A stretch of DNA of 64,000 nucleotides from Eledone cirrhosa (lineage: Eukaryota). The stretch is taken from positions 18,414,001-18,478,000 of the forward strand of contig OZ024760.1 in NCBI GenBank assembly GCA_964016885.1, given 5' to 3'. The notes under the pieces were generated by a model. It saw only the letters and a program-made list of their open reading frames with translations, did no database searches and was not told the DNA's origin. Positions 43,611 through 56,489 of this stretch are shown piece after piece; position 1 is the stretch's first letter, and each line of letters begins with the position of its first letter. The translations under genes and the position numbers were made by a program.

Positions 43611-43925
43611 TGCGACTAGGAGGGACAGGCACGGCTATGGATAAATATGGTGACAAGAAGGAAGCTGGTGAAGATGTTTACCTTACAGGGAAGGGAAAGG
43701 ACGAGGATCACGACCAGGGCCAGGAATTTCAAGGGGATAACAATGTTGGTACTCTGTCCAAGTCGCTACGTAGTCTTACTATGTCATTACAACAGCTTAA
43801 CAGGTATGTATGAATGTTTTGGACCTCACTCCTCGTTTAACATCGGTATACTTTCTGTTCTTAACTATTGACCCACGGGTCATACATGCTTTCATTCAGA
43901 AGTCTCCCCCCCCCCTCCTTCTCTC

Positions 43926-43970
<45 letters not shown>

Positions 43971-44002
43971 AGTATGCGAAAAGTAAATAGGAAACACACA
44001 CA

Positions 44003-44036
<34 letters not shown>

Positions 44037-44858
44037 CTCTCTCTCACTCACTATATATATATATATATATAAACCTGGAATACTTCATTGCCGAACGCAT
44101 CGTTCTTTATTTTCTTTATTTCAGACTATATGGTGTGATTTGGCTGTTATTTCTAGCAGGTCAAACGACTGAGTAGGCAGAGGGTCTCCTCGCTGGTTGA
44201 TAAAACTTAGGTCCGGTTAGTTAAACCTGTATGGGTGTATATGTGTAGTTAGTAGTAGTAATAATAATTGTTTCTACTTTAGGCACAAGGCCAGCAAATA
44301 TCCAGTACATTACTGGTACTTTATTTTATCGACCCCGTAAGGATGAAAGGCAAAGTCAACCTCGGCGGGATTTGAACTCAGATCGTAGTAGTAATAATAA
44401 TACTAATAGTATGTATATATATATACATGTGTATATATATGCATGTCAACTCTCCCCGTCCGACGGGGGACATCTCTCACCCACTTTGTGGTGGGTGAGA
44501 GATGTCTTCTCTTGTGGAAATGTGTATAGCCATTACGAAAATCTCCCCCATTTTGCCTCATTTCTCTCCGTTTTGGGGCACTTTTTTTCATGATACACCC
44601 CCGTTTGGGCTTTTAGAGGTTGGCAGGTCTGTGTATGTATATCGTACATAGAATGGAACGCGTCGCCCAAATACTATATAATATATAGTAGTGTAGTGTA
44701 GTATTGTGTAATATATAGTCTAATACTATGTAATCTATAGTAATATAGTGTTATATTGTGTACTAAGTATGCGATTGTGTTGTGATTTAAGTTGTATAAA
44801 TATATATACAGCTGTCGAAACGGCCGAATCTCAGCCGTTGGCGTCCTGACTCTTTTCC

Positions 44859-44897
<39 letters not shown>

Positions 44898-45018
44898 CCG
44901 AGACCCCCAGCAGGTAACTGAAGAGGGGACCTTTTCTTCCTAACACTATATATATATCCTCTTCTCTCTCTCATGTTCAATTTCTATTTTCCATATCGCC
45001 GCTACCTGACATAAATAG

Positions 45019-45227
45019 AGATGACTACACGAAAGATGGCACCGCGGAACCCCTGGAAGCCTTCAGTTGGGTCGTCTTGTTTACAGCCTTCATATCAGTG
45101 ACAATATGTACAGGTGTTATAGGCTCGTTGTCTGTGTTATATGTGGAGTTTCTGTACGCTTTTGACAACTCCAAGGCCGAGATTGCTGTTGTACCTTCTC
45201 TGGCTAATGGAATGTATGATATTGGAG
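45019..45227 (+). CDS. SLC16/MCT-like transporter, exon 2 (TM1-TM2; ...EAFSWVVLFTAFIS...LYVEFLYAFDNSKAEIAVV...)
   Basis: Open frame with a variant of the SLC16 TM1 motif (D/E-G-G-x-x-W-x-V). Donor g|gtaaga, phase 1. Confidence 0.9.
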
Positions 45228-47659
45228 GTAAGATCTGCTTTTCTTTATGATTATTTCTTATTGTAGGGGCGGTGGATCGGCAGTATCGGTAGAGGATCGG
45301 ACGCCATGCTTTGCGGCATAGAGTTACGGCCCTTTGCGATCTGAGTTCGAATCCCGCCGAGGTTAGCTTTGCCTTTCATCCTAACATGGGTCGTTAAAAT
45401 AAAGTACCAGTAATACACTGAGATAATTACTGGCCTTGTGCCAAAAGTAGAAACAATTATTTCTTATTGTAGGATGGTGGGTTGGCAGTAAAAATAAAGT
45501 ACCAGTAATGCACTGGGTAATTGCTGGCCTTGTGCCTAAAGTAGAAACAAGTATTAGTAGAGGATCGGACGCCATGCTTTACAGCACAGAGTTATTTCCC
45601 TTTACGGTCTGAGTTCAAATACCGCTGATGTTAGCGTTGCCTTTCATCCTAACATGGGTCGTTAAAATAAAGTACCAGTAACGTACTGGGGTCGATTTAA
45701 TCGACTTTCCCTTCCCCCCAAATTATTGGCCTTGTGCCTTTACTAGAAATCATCATCATCATATAACGTCCATCTTACATGCTAGCATGGGTTAGACGAG
45801 ACTGCCCCCACTGCGGCAACAGTTTAATAAAGCCCCTCCCTCACCAAAACCTCCCCAACCTCTCAGCAATGACATGTAAACAATTCATGGTAAATGTAAA
45901 CTGTTGGAAATGTCACAACAATTCCAAGAGCTCAAATGTCACAACCCTGCTCCATACCTCTTGCTCTACGCTTGTCTAAGAAAGACAATATCACACATTA
46001 TAGACTATTGGAGTTCTCAAGTTATGTAACAAACAGTTTAGAAGGGTTCGTGACCTTTTCCAAAGAAATTGAATAATTTTCCTAACTTTTTTCATTTTAT
46101 TAAATGACCCAATTGACCTTTTAAAAAACATATCAGGTTTTTGTTATTGGTGGCGAATTGTCAGAGTCGTTAGAACGTCAGATAGAATACTTTGTGGTAT
46201 TTCTTTCAGTCTTCTGCTCTCTGAGTTTATAGAATCAGGGCCAGATTGGTATCGAAAAGGGTGAATGAGAAATTTTAAGGGATTTACTAAAATGATTATT
46301 TCATTACTAGGAAAATAACTTGATATATGATCCTTACATAAAATTATTGAGGAAGATTTTAATTTAAGTAGAAATCCTTTAAAATTGAGGATTTTGTTTC
46401 ATGGGACCAGAGCCAGTTTTGGTTGGGTTGGGTTTGTGGGTAGTTTGGTATAAGAACAGTTAACCCTTTAGCATTTAAATCGGCCATATCCGGCCAGAAT
46501 TCTCTTACCTCTTTCTGTTCAAACTGGCTGTAACTGGTCACTCATACTGATGTTAAAGTATTGTTCTCAAAATAAATAATATCAAAATCTTTTAGATTCA
46601 ATATTATGTGAGATAAAGCCTTTACTGTGAAAATACAATAGTATATATAGAGTAATGTAAATGTTATGTGAGATATTATGTGAGGTAAAGCCTTTACTGT
46701 GAAAATACAATAGTATATATAGTGTAATGTAAATGTTATGTGAGATATTATGTGAGGTAAAGCCTTTACTGTGAAAATACAATAGTATATATAGAGTAAT
46801 GTAAATGTTATGTGAGATAAAGCCTTTACTGTGAAAATATAATAGTAAATATAGAGTAATGTAAATGTTATGAGATAGTATGTAAGGTAAAGCCTTTAGC
46901 GTGAAAATACAATAGTAAATATAGAGTAATGTAAATGTTATGTGAGGTAAAGCCTTTACTATGAAAATACAATAGTATATATAGAGTAATGTAAATGTTA
47001 TGTGAGATATTATGTGAGGTAAAGCCTTTACTGTGAATATACAATAGTATATATAGAGTAATGTAAATGTTATGTGAGATATTATGTGAGGTAAAGCCTT
47101 TACTGTGACAATACAATAGTATATATAGAGTAATGTAAATGTTATGTGAGATATTATGTGAGGTAAAGCCTTTACTGTGAAAATACAATAGTATATATAG
47201 AGTAATGTAAATGCTATGTGAGATATTATGTGAGGTAAAGACTTTACTGTGACAATACAATAGTATATATAGAGTAATGTAAATGTTATGTGAGGTAAAG
47301 CCTTTACTGTGACACTACAATAGTATATATAGAGTAATGTAAATGTTATGAGATATTATGTGAGGTAAAGCCTTTACTGTGAAAATACAATAGTATATAT
47401 AGTGTAATGTAAATGTTATGTGAGATATTATGTGAGGTAAAGACTTTACTGTGAAAATATAATAGTATATATAGAGTAATGTAAATATTATGTGAGATAT
47501 TATGTGAGGTAAAGCCTTTAGCGTGACAATACAATAGTATATATAGAGTAATGTAAATGTTATGTGAGGTAAAGCCTTTACTGTGAAAATACAATAGTAA
47601 ATATAGAGTAATGTAAATGCTAAAGGGTTAATATCACTGTGTTGTATTCCTGTTTGCAG

Positions 47660-47803
47660 GTGTTTTGGCAGGGATTATGATTGACAAAATTGGCTGTCGT
47701 GCTTCAATGATGTTTGGTGGTCTTATGACATCAGCATCAATGGGTGTCAGTTTTTTTGCTCCAAATATATATTTCCTTATATTTTTCCTTGGAATTGTCG
47801 CAG
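47660..47803 (+). CDS. SLC16/MCT-like transporter, exon 3 (GIMIDKIGCR, MFS motif A)
   Basis: tttgcag acceptor, g|gtaaat donor, 144 nt, phase 1/1. GxxxDKxGxR motif. Confidence 0.95.
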
Positions 47804-48598
47804 GTAAATATTCTTTCATTCTCCCATTCCTTCAATATTTCATTCTTTCACTGGTACCAACCAGTTGACTGTGGCCCCCTTGAAGGGGTTTTAAACCGAC
47901 TGTATTAACTGTGGTATTATATTGGCGTCAGTCAGTGGACTATCGCCAATCTGGAGCTGCACCTTCTAGAGGTGACTGTGACCAAGCTGGAGCACCGGTC
48001 AATGGACTATGACCAAAATATATTTAAGGGTCTGTTTTTCTTTCTTTTTTTTTCCTTTCTTTGATTCGTCAAAGTGACATTATTGAAAAGATGAGAGGGA
48101 CAATTCTTTTAACCCTTTAGCATTTAAACCGGCCATATCTGGCCAGAATACACTGCCCTCTTTCAGTTCAAACCAGCTGTAACTGACCACTCATACTGAT
48201 GTCAGGGTATTTTTCTCAAAATCTCAAATATCAAAATCTCATAGATTCAATGTTATGTGAGATATTATGTAAGGTAAAGCTTTTACTGTGAAAATACAAT
48301 AGTATATATAGAGTAATGTAAATGCTAAAAGGTTAAAAAAGAGTTTTATAATGTATATAAAGTATTGCTGGTTTCGATGTATCAGTAAAATTCATCTTAT
48401 CAAATGTTGAGTATTACAGAATTAATAAGGGTTAAAAACTAAAAACTAAAAAATTAAAGATTTAAAATTAAGAGGTAAGTTTTTTTTCATCTTCCTTGTT
48501 GAGAAGGAGACTGGAAAATGAACTTTTGTGTATAGAGAGAGGTGTAGTCATGATAGTAGCAGCAGTGAAGAAATACAACTACCAACACTTCCCTTTTC

Positions 48599-48646
<48 letters not shown>

Positions 48647-48649
48647 TGG

Positions 48650-49015
48650 ATGTGCAGTGTAAATGTGCGTGAACGACCCAGCATAAATGTGTTGAGAGAG
48701 AAACTGTGTCTGAGAGGGATAAAATGAAGTGTACGGGAGAGGAGACTGAGGTGGTATGGACATGTGATGCGCATGGAGGATGACCGATGGGTGAAGAAGT
48801 GCCAGGAAATGCTAGTTGAAGGAAGACGTGGTAGAGGTAGACCACGAAAAACATGGGCGGAGGTGGTGAGAACAGACCTCAGATCATTGAAGCTCACGGT
48901 GGAGATGACGAGGGACCGTGACGAGTGGAGAGATGCTGTGCTGAATAAGACCCGTCCCACCCTTGCAAGCAGGGAAAAGCGGACGTAAAATGATGATGAT
49001 GATGATGATGATGAT
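48650..49015 (+). mobile_element. RTE-clade LINE 3' fragment (RRLRWYGHVMRM...GRPRKTW)
   Basis: RTE C-terminal motifs and a (GAT)n tail. Sister fragments at 11420-11635(-), 36770-37110(-), 54305-54645(-) and 61800-61990(+). Confidence 0.9.
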
Positions 49016-49437
49016 ATGTGTGTGTATGTGAGTGTGTATATATATATATATAGAGAGAGAGAGATAGATAAATATACACGGGTGTGTATGATTGTCTATA
49101 GATTATATTAATAAGAGGAATTCCAACTTTGTCTGATTTACTTGTTTTATTTACAATCCTTTAAAATTTATAATGGTATTATAATGAAATAGTATGATAG
49201 AATATTAAATGTTAAGTGTTAATTGAACAAGTACTTTCATGCTTTCGCAATCTTCAGGTTCATATTGTGTGGTGACAGTCAAGTTTGCAATTTTCATATA
49301 TATATATATGTGTGTGTGTATTTCTATATATGTGTGTGTCTCTATATATATATATGCCTTCCTCAATACATTCTTTCTCATTTCCTCATTCTCTCTCTCC
49401 CTCTCTCTCACCTCTTCACTCACTCTCTCTCTCACCT

Positions 49438-49488
<51 letters not shown>

Positions 49489-49932
49489 TCTTCACTCACT
49501 CTCTCTCTCTCTCTCACCTCTTCACTCACTTTCTCTCTCTCTCTCACCTCTTCACTCACTCTCTCTCACCTCTTCACTCACTCTCTCTCTCTCACCTCTT
49601 CACTCACTCTCTCTCTCTCTCTCTCTCTCCTCTTCACTCACTCACTCTCTCTCTCTCCTCTTCACTCACTCACTCTCTCTCTCTCTCCTCTTCACTCACT
49701 CTCTCTCTCTCTCCTACACTCTCACTCCTACACTCTCACTCTCTCTCTCTCTCCTACACTCTCACTCCCTCTCTCTCCTACACTCTCACCCTCTCTCAAA
49801 CTCACCCTCTCCCTCTCTCTCTCACACACTCTCCCTCCCCCCTCACTCTCCCCCCCCTCTCTCTCTCACACACTCTCCCTCTCCCTCTCTCTCCCTCCCC
49901 CTCTCTCCCATTCCCCCCCTCTCTCCCCATCC

Positions 49933-49963
<31 letters not shown>

Positions 49964-50008
49964 TTACGCACACTCTCTCTCACTCTCTCTCTCTCTCTCT
50001 CTCTCCAG

Positions 50009-50239
50009 CGCTAGGTTCCTCTATAGTCATGTTAAGTGGTATGGTGTTGGTTGGTCAACGTTTTGGTTCGGAACATCCCATCGGAACAGTCATTGTCAGT
50101 GGATCACACCCGTCTGGGTTTGTCATCTTCCCCATCTTCATACCTTACCTTATTGAGTCCTTCGGCTGGCGTGGATCCCTCTTAATATTGTCAGCCATCA
50201 CTTTACACATCATCCCGTTTGGTCTTGTTGCTACCTACG
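50009..50239 (+). CDS. SLC16/MCT-like transporter, exon 4 (LIESFGWRGSLLILSAITLH)
   Basis: ctccag acceptor, g|gtaagt donor, phase 1/1. GWRG motif typical of SLC16. Confidence 0.95.
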
Positions 50240-50756
50240 GTAAGTCGGATGGTTTTTTTTTTTTTATATTTCCTCGTTTTACATTTCATCATCATCATCA
50301 CCATCATCATCATCATTGTCACCATCATCATCATCATTGTCACCATCATTATAATTATTGTCAATGGCGGTGAATTGGCAGTATCAGTAGAGGGTTGGAC
50401 AACATGCTTTTAAGCATAGTTACGTCCCTTTACGATCTGAGTTCAAATCCCGCCGAGGTTAACTTTGCCTTTCATCCTTACGGGGTCGATGAAATAAAGT
50501 ACCAGTAATACACTGGAGTAATTGAAGGCGGTGGATTGGCAGACACTATGCTTTCCAGCATAGTTACGTCCCTTTACGATCTGAGTTCAAATCCCGCCGA
50601 GGTTAACTTTGCCTTTCATCCTTACGGGGTCGATAAAATAAAGTACCAGTAATGCACTGGGTAATTGCTGGCCTTGTGCCTAAAATAGAAACAATTATTA
50701 TATGATGATTGAGCCGTTATTTACAAAAACCTACGTAGATCTTCTGTTTATTTCAG

Positions 50757-51135
50757 GTCTACCAACTAAAAAGAAGAGTCCCCCTACGGAAAAAGGAATC
50801 GAGAAAGTTCCATTTAAGAAGAAGTGCAGGAAATGTTGCCCAATTGATAGGGAACTGTTCAGAACTGGTCCGTTCCAGTTATTTGCTCTGACGTCTGCAA
50901 TAACCTGGAGTTCTAACTATCTCGTACATCTTCTAATTGTTGACTTTGGCCATGACCGTCACTACTCCCTAGCCGAAAGCTCCAGCCTACTCACAGTTTT
51001 AGGGGTAGCTGCAATTGTGGCTCGCCTCTTAACCCTTATCTTGAAGACTGTTAACAAATTCTCGAATGTTGTGATGTTTATATTTTTCTGTTTCCTTGCC
51101 ACGATCTTACACGGATGTATTCCTTTCACTAACAG
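50757..51135 (+). CDS. SLC16/MCT-like transporter, exon 5 (central loop, TM7-TM9)
   Basis: tttcag acceptor, ag|gtgagt donor, phase 1/2. LLTVLGVAAIVARL is TM8-like. Confidence 0.92.
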
Positions 51136-52042
51136 GTGAGTTATTGGTAGTGGTGGTGGTGGTGTTAGGGGTGGTGGTGGTGATGTTGTTGGGGGGGGGG
51201 GGGTATTAGTGATGGTAGTGGTGATGGTGGTGGTGTTGTTGGTGTTGGGGGGGGGGGTTGGTGGTGATGGTGTGGGGGGGGGGGTATTAGTGATGGTAGT
51301 GGTGGTGGTGGTGTTAGGGGTGGGGGGTGAAGTTGTTGGGGGTATTAGTGGTGGGGTGGGGTGGGGTTAGTGGTGGTGGTGGTGGTGATGTTGGGGGAGT
51401 AGTGGTGGTGGTGTTAGGGGTGATGTTGTTGTTGGGGGGGGGGGGGTTAGTGGTGATGGCGTGGGGGGGGGGGGGGGGGGTAGTGGTGGTGGTGGTGGTG
51501 GTATTATTGGTATTGTTGTTATTCTGCGTCCACAGATTGATTTTTTTTTAGTTTCAGAAGATCCCATTAAGGGTGACAGCAGTGATTCTTTGCTTAAACT
51601 TGAATTTCTTATTTTAATAAATATATATATATATCATCATCATCATCATTTTACGTCCACTTTTCCCTGCTTGCAAGGGTGGGACGGGAACTGATTTCTA
51701 CAGCTGGATGCCCTTCCTAACACCAACCTCATTTACAGTGAGTGCTGGGTGCTTTTTTGCCGTGGCACCTCCACGACCACTTTGCAGTGGAATGATATGG
51801 ACCCCAGTCCCTATCATCTCATTTCTACAGCTGAGTAAACTGGAGCAATGTGGATTAAAGAGTCTTGCTCAAGGACACAACACATCACCCGGTCTGAGAA
51901 TTGAACTCACAACCTTTCGATTGCAAGGCCAATGCTCTAACCACTAATCCAGGTGCCTCCATATATATATATATATATAGTTAAATAGCTCTGTAGCCTA
52001 CATAGAGCACTCTCCTTGCCTTTACCTTTCCTACAGAAACAC

Positions 52043-52074
<32 letters not shown>

Positions 52075-52269
52075 ACGAAGGAAATGTGGTAAGGAACCAG
52101 GTGGACCATAACGCACCAAAGTACTCAATACTTAGGGTAGTAGAGTGGGTAATAGGAACGAGTAGGACCCCGACGGCTGAGCTCAAGCCGTTTCGGCGGC
52201 TAATTCTGGAGTCCAGAATTAGCCGGCGAAACGGCTTGAGCTCAGCCGTCGGGTCCTACTCGTTCCTAT

Positions 52270-52460
52270 ATATATTCAGCATCCGATACCTTTTTCGCCT
52301 TAACTCTCCTGCTCTGAGCCGGTGCTACAGTAAAGCCAGAGTCCTGGTGTTTCTCCAGTGCAAGGCGCATACAATAGTCCACTACGATGATAAAAAGGTA
52401 GGGAGCCAATGTATCTCCCTGGAGCACTCCAGCCAGTATCTCAAAGAACTCTGTCATCCC
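52270..52460 (-). mobile_element. Non-LTR reverse transcriptase fragment (GVLQGDTLAPYLF); related C-terminal fragment at ~52930-53090 (+)
   Basis: RT motif GxxQGDxLxPxLF. The + strand piece reads RRGRPRLTYVDAL...MRDRDRWR. Confidence 0.8.
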
Positions 52461-53111
52461 ATCAGGTGTAATGACTTGGGTGTTGGTGTTAGGAAGGACA
52501 TCCAGCTGTAGAAATCAAGCCATAATCAGTTGCAGTATGAGCAAGACAAGGTCAGCCGACCAGACACTGCCCACAATAGGACAACCCGTCTAACCCATGC
52601 TAGCATGGAAGAATGGACGTAAAACGGTGATGATGATAATGATATATATATTTAATATAGAAAGGCTTCTACAGGAAGCTCTGATGATTTCTACCGAATG
52701 AAACAGTTCTAGTACTGTAGAAGTCTTTCTATATTAAATATTTATACTCTGCTATATATTGAGCACCTTACTTACTGTGGTTACCCCCGATTAAACCCGG
52801 GATAAACTTATATATATATATATATATCAACTCTGGATGTCGGTGAGCATGTCCAGCCAACCTCAGTCTCCTCTGTGTCACTTTTGAGCTGACTTTTGGG
52901 ATGCTCCCATACAGCTCTGAGTTTTTCATCCTCATGGACACACTAGAAGAGGAAGACCAAGGTTAACGTATGTTGATGCCCTAAGGACAGACACTGGTCT
53001 GTTGGAGATGCAGGACATGGCAGCGATAATGAGGGACAGAGACCGCTGGAGAGAACTCGTCCATAGATCTCGGGAATTTTACCCACCTTGAGTACTATAT
53101 ATATATATATA

Positions 53112-53523
53112 TTTATTAAAATAACAGATTAAAGTTTAAGCAAAGAATCGCTGCTTTCACCCTTAACGGGATCTTCTGAGACTAACAAAGTCAATCTGTA
53201 AACGCAGAACTGGATATTTCACCGCTCCTATTAATGACGTATTATTCGTTTTTTCCCGTTCTTTGCCAGCGAACGTTTCCACGAACCAAAGTATCGTCTT
53301 CCTGTCTTCCTCCGGTTGCAACGTTTTTTGAAATATCCAGTTCTGCGTTTACAGATTGACTTTGTTAGTTTCAGAAGATCCCGTTAAGGGTGAAAGTAGC
53401 AATTCTTTGCTTAAACTTTAATCTGTTATTTTAATAAATATTTGCTCTACGGTTTTTATATATTTGATATATATTTTCCTTATCGAGCCCTCTTTGGATT
53501 TTAGTCTTCAAATTTATGATTAT

Positions 53524-53528
<5 letters not shown>
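53112..53528 (+). mobile_element. Family C (TA)n-embedded palindromic element
   Basis: Inverted arms of ~110 bp (53112-53221 / 53330-53440), spacer, tail, TA flanks. Fragments at 16895-17010, 21140-21245, 36200-36270 and 51547-51620. Confidence 0.72.
53367..53417 (+). ncRNA. Hammerhead-like fold with non-canonical CAGAAGA core (family C)
   Basis: agttt-CAGAAGA-t-ccc(gttaa)ggg-t-GAAAGTA(gcaattctt)TGCTT-aaact. Same core in the mirror arm ~53133-53183 (-), 21162-21212 (-) and ~51550-51600 (+). Confidence 0.65.
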
Positions 53529-53562
<34 letters not shown>

Positions 53563-53593
53563 ATTCATGTCAAGTATTTCTTGTCTGTTTCAG

Positions 53594-53766
53594 CTTCTAT
53601 AGTCTGATGGGAATGGTTGCAGCCATTGGAATTTTATTTGGTCTACGTTTTAGTTATTTCATGTTGGCTTTGATTGACATTGTCTCCATGGAAAAGTACT
53701 CTCAGGCCCTTGGTTACACTCTCAGTTTGTGGGGAACTGCCGTTGCACTTTTGGGACCAATTGTCG
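53594..53766 (+). CDS. SLC16/MCT-like transporter, exon 6 (TM10-TM11; ...ALGY...GTAVALLGPIV)
   Basis: gtttcag acceptor, g|gtaagt donor, phase 2/1, in frame with both neighbours. Confidence 0.92.
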
Positions 53767-55013
53767 GTAAGTCTTTTTCAAAATGCAAATTTTTATTCTT
53801 TTATTCTTTTGGGTGGCGGATTGACAGTATTGGTGGAGCGTCAGGCTACATGCTTTGCGGCACAGAGTTACGGCCCTTTACGTTCTGAGTTCAAATCCCG
53901 CCAAGGTTAGATTTGCCTTTCATCCTTACAGAGTCGATAAAATAAAGTACCAGTAACGCACTGGGGTCGATTTAATCAACTTTCCTCTCCCCCTAAAATT
54001 GGGGCCTTGTGCCTAAAGTAGAAACCATTGTTTTATTCCTTATTTTACTTGTTTCAGTTATTGTGACAACGACCATACTGGGGCTCTTCCTCTAACAGGT
54101 TTTTACTCCATCAAATGATCCCCTCCCGCCACAATACTTATTTCACTCTGGTATATATTTTATCGATCACTGTTTGTCAAACTGCTAAGTTATGGGACGT
54201 AATGGAATATACCATAAACAACAGCATCGGTGTCGACATACACAGATACACGTGTTCACACACACACACACACACATACGCATCATCATCATTACCATCA
54301 TCATCATTTTACGTCTGCTTTTCCCTGCTTGCATTGCAAGGGTTGGACAGGTCCTCTTCAGCACAGCATCTCTCCATTCGTCACGGTCCTTTGTCCATCT
54401 CCTCCGTGAGCTTCAGTGATCTGAGGTCAGCTCTCACCACCTCCGCCCATGTCTTTCGTGGTCTTCCTCGACTGCGCCTTCCTTCCACTGGGATTTCTTG
54501 GCACTTCTTTACCCAGTGGTCACCCTCCATGTGCATCACATGTCCATACCATCTCAGTCTTCTCTCCCGCACACCACAACTTATTCCTCTTATACACAGT
54601 TTCTCTCTCAACTCATCCACGCTTGGTTGTTCACACACATTGACATACATATATATCATCATCATCATCATCATCATCAACGTTTAACGTCCGTGTTCCA
54701 CGCTTGCATGGGTTTGGACGGGGGTAGTCCCACTTGAGGCAAGAGTGATTGTCTTGCTCGCATAGGACTGTCTGGCAGGTTTTCTACAGTTGGATGCCCT
54801 TCCTAACACCAACCACATTTACAGTGTGGGTCTGGGAGGTTTTTACCGTGTTGCCTTCACGGCCACATTACAGCGTGGACTGTGTGTTTTTTTGTCGTGA
54901 CACCTACACGATCTCATTTGTTTCGGCCTGGATGGCGCGGCACCAACATAACTTTACATAGAACGGGGTGGTGTGGATGGGGTGGGGGTGGTGGCGGGAC
55001 GGGGCGTATTTTG

Positions 55014-55905
55014 TTAGAGATGCCTACTGGCAAGGCGGGTCTTCTCTGTTACTGAGTACCGCCAAAGGTCACGGTCCAGTGACATTGTCTTGGAGAGGTG
55101 TAAGTGTGTGAGGTCGGAGTTTATCAGCTCATCCCATGTTTTTCTAGGTCTGCCTATTCCGTGGCTACCGTCTATCTTTATTGCCCTGCACTTTGTAATA
55201 CAGCTATCGACTTTCATGCGCATCACGTGTCCATACCAACGCAGCCTTCTCTCGAGTAAACAACATCTGATCCCTCTTATCTCTAATTTTTTCCTTAGTT
55301 CGTTTATGCTTTGCCGTTCACGTATATTACTGTTACACATCCAGCGGAGCATGCAAGCTTCGTTCCTCTCTAGTCTGCGTATATCCTCTGCACACAATGC
55401 CCAGGTCTCACTACCATGCAACATTGCTGTTCGTATGCAGGCATCGTACAACCTGCCTTTCATTTTTAGGGAGAACCCTTTAGCAGCTAATAGTGGTATA
55501 AGCTCTCTGAACTTTTTCCATCCAGTTCTGACTCTAGCTACAGTACTTTCAGAGCACCCTCCCCCACTGCTGATTTTATCGCCCAGGTAACGGAAGCTGT
55601 CCACTATTTCTATAGAACCCTCTGCGCAATTGAAAGAGCTAGTATTTTGTGGGCACTTGCTGCTACTTATTGCACCAGAACACCGGCCACATGTAAAGTC
55701 TATGTTCTTAGTTAGCTTACCTGTGATCCCACTACATCTTTTATGCACCCATACTTTGCATTTAGGACATAAGATGGAGTTTCTACCTACGCCTTTCCTA
55801 CATACCGAGCACGACCATTTCCCAGAAGGGACCGCCGCCTTGTTTTCTTTCCTACAAACTAGAACTTTGGTCTTAGCCAGGTTAATTTTAAGTCCTTTTG
55901 ACTCT
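55014..55905 (-). mobile_element. 5'-truncated RTE LINE ORF2 (RT C-terminus with PHD-like zinc finger)
   Basis: GLKINLAKTK, FRYLG, MLHGSETW, LRWYGHV and GRPRKTW motifs; C4HC3 insert CSVC...CPKC...HKRC...CGRC. Confidence 0.92.
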
Positions 55906-55959
55906 AATATATATAACAAAGAAAGTGTGAGGTGATAAAAGCCAACCTTACCCAATTAC

Positions 55960-56340
55960 ACCTCTGAAAGGCGATGACACACGACCGTGACCTCTGGCGT
56001 CACGCAGTAATACAGAGTACCCGACCTCCCATGGGTACAAGCTGAAGCATATAGACAATATGCCCCCACACCCCCCACTGAAAGGTGGTCGTGGAGGTGC
56101 CACGGCAAAAAAGCACCCAGCCCACACTGTAAAGTGGACGTGTAGGCGCCACGAAAAAGCACCCAGCACTCACTGTAAATGAGGTTGGTGTTAGGAAAGG
56201 CATCCAGCTGTAGAAATCAAGCCAAATCAGTTCCTGTATGAGCAAGGCATGGTCAGCCGACCAGACACTGCCCACAACAGGACAACCCATCTAACCCATG
56301 CTAGCGTGGAAGAATGGACGTAAAATGGTGATGATGATGA
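55960..56340 (+). mobile_element. Non-autonomous (GAT)n-tailed retroposon family
   Basis: Shared 3' end aacccatgctagcgtggaagaa.ggacgtaaaa.ggtgatgatg. Copies at 37190-37452, 52480-52640 and 32310-32600(-); related copies at 54680-55010(-) and 62880-63210. Confidence 0.65.
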
Positions 56341-56489
56341 TATAACAAAGAAAATGTGGTAAAATACCAGGTGGACCATAACACACCAGAGTACTCAATA
56401 CTTAGGGTAGTAGAGTGGGTTCAGATCTATCTGTCGAAAAGGCTGGAGCTCAGCCATCGGGGTCTTGAATCTCTTCCTATATATATATA

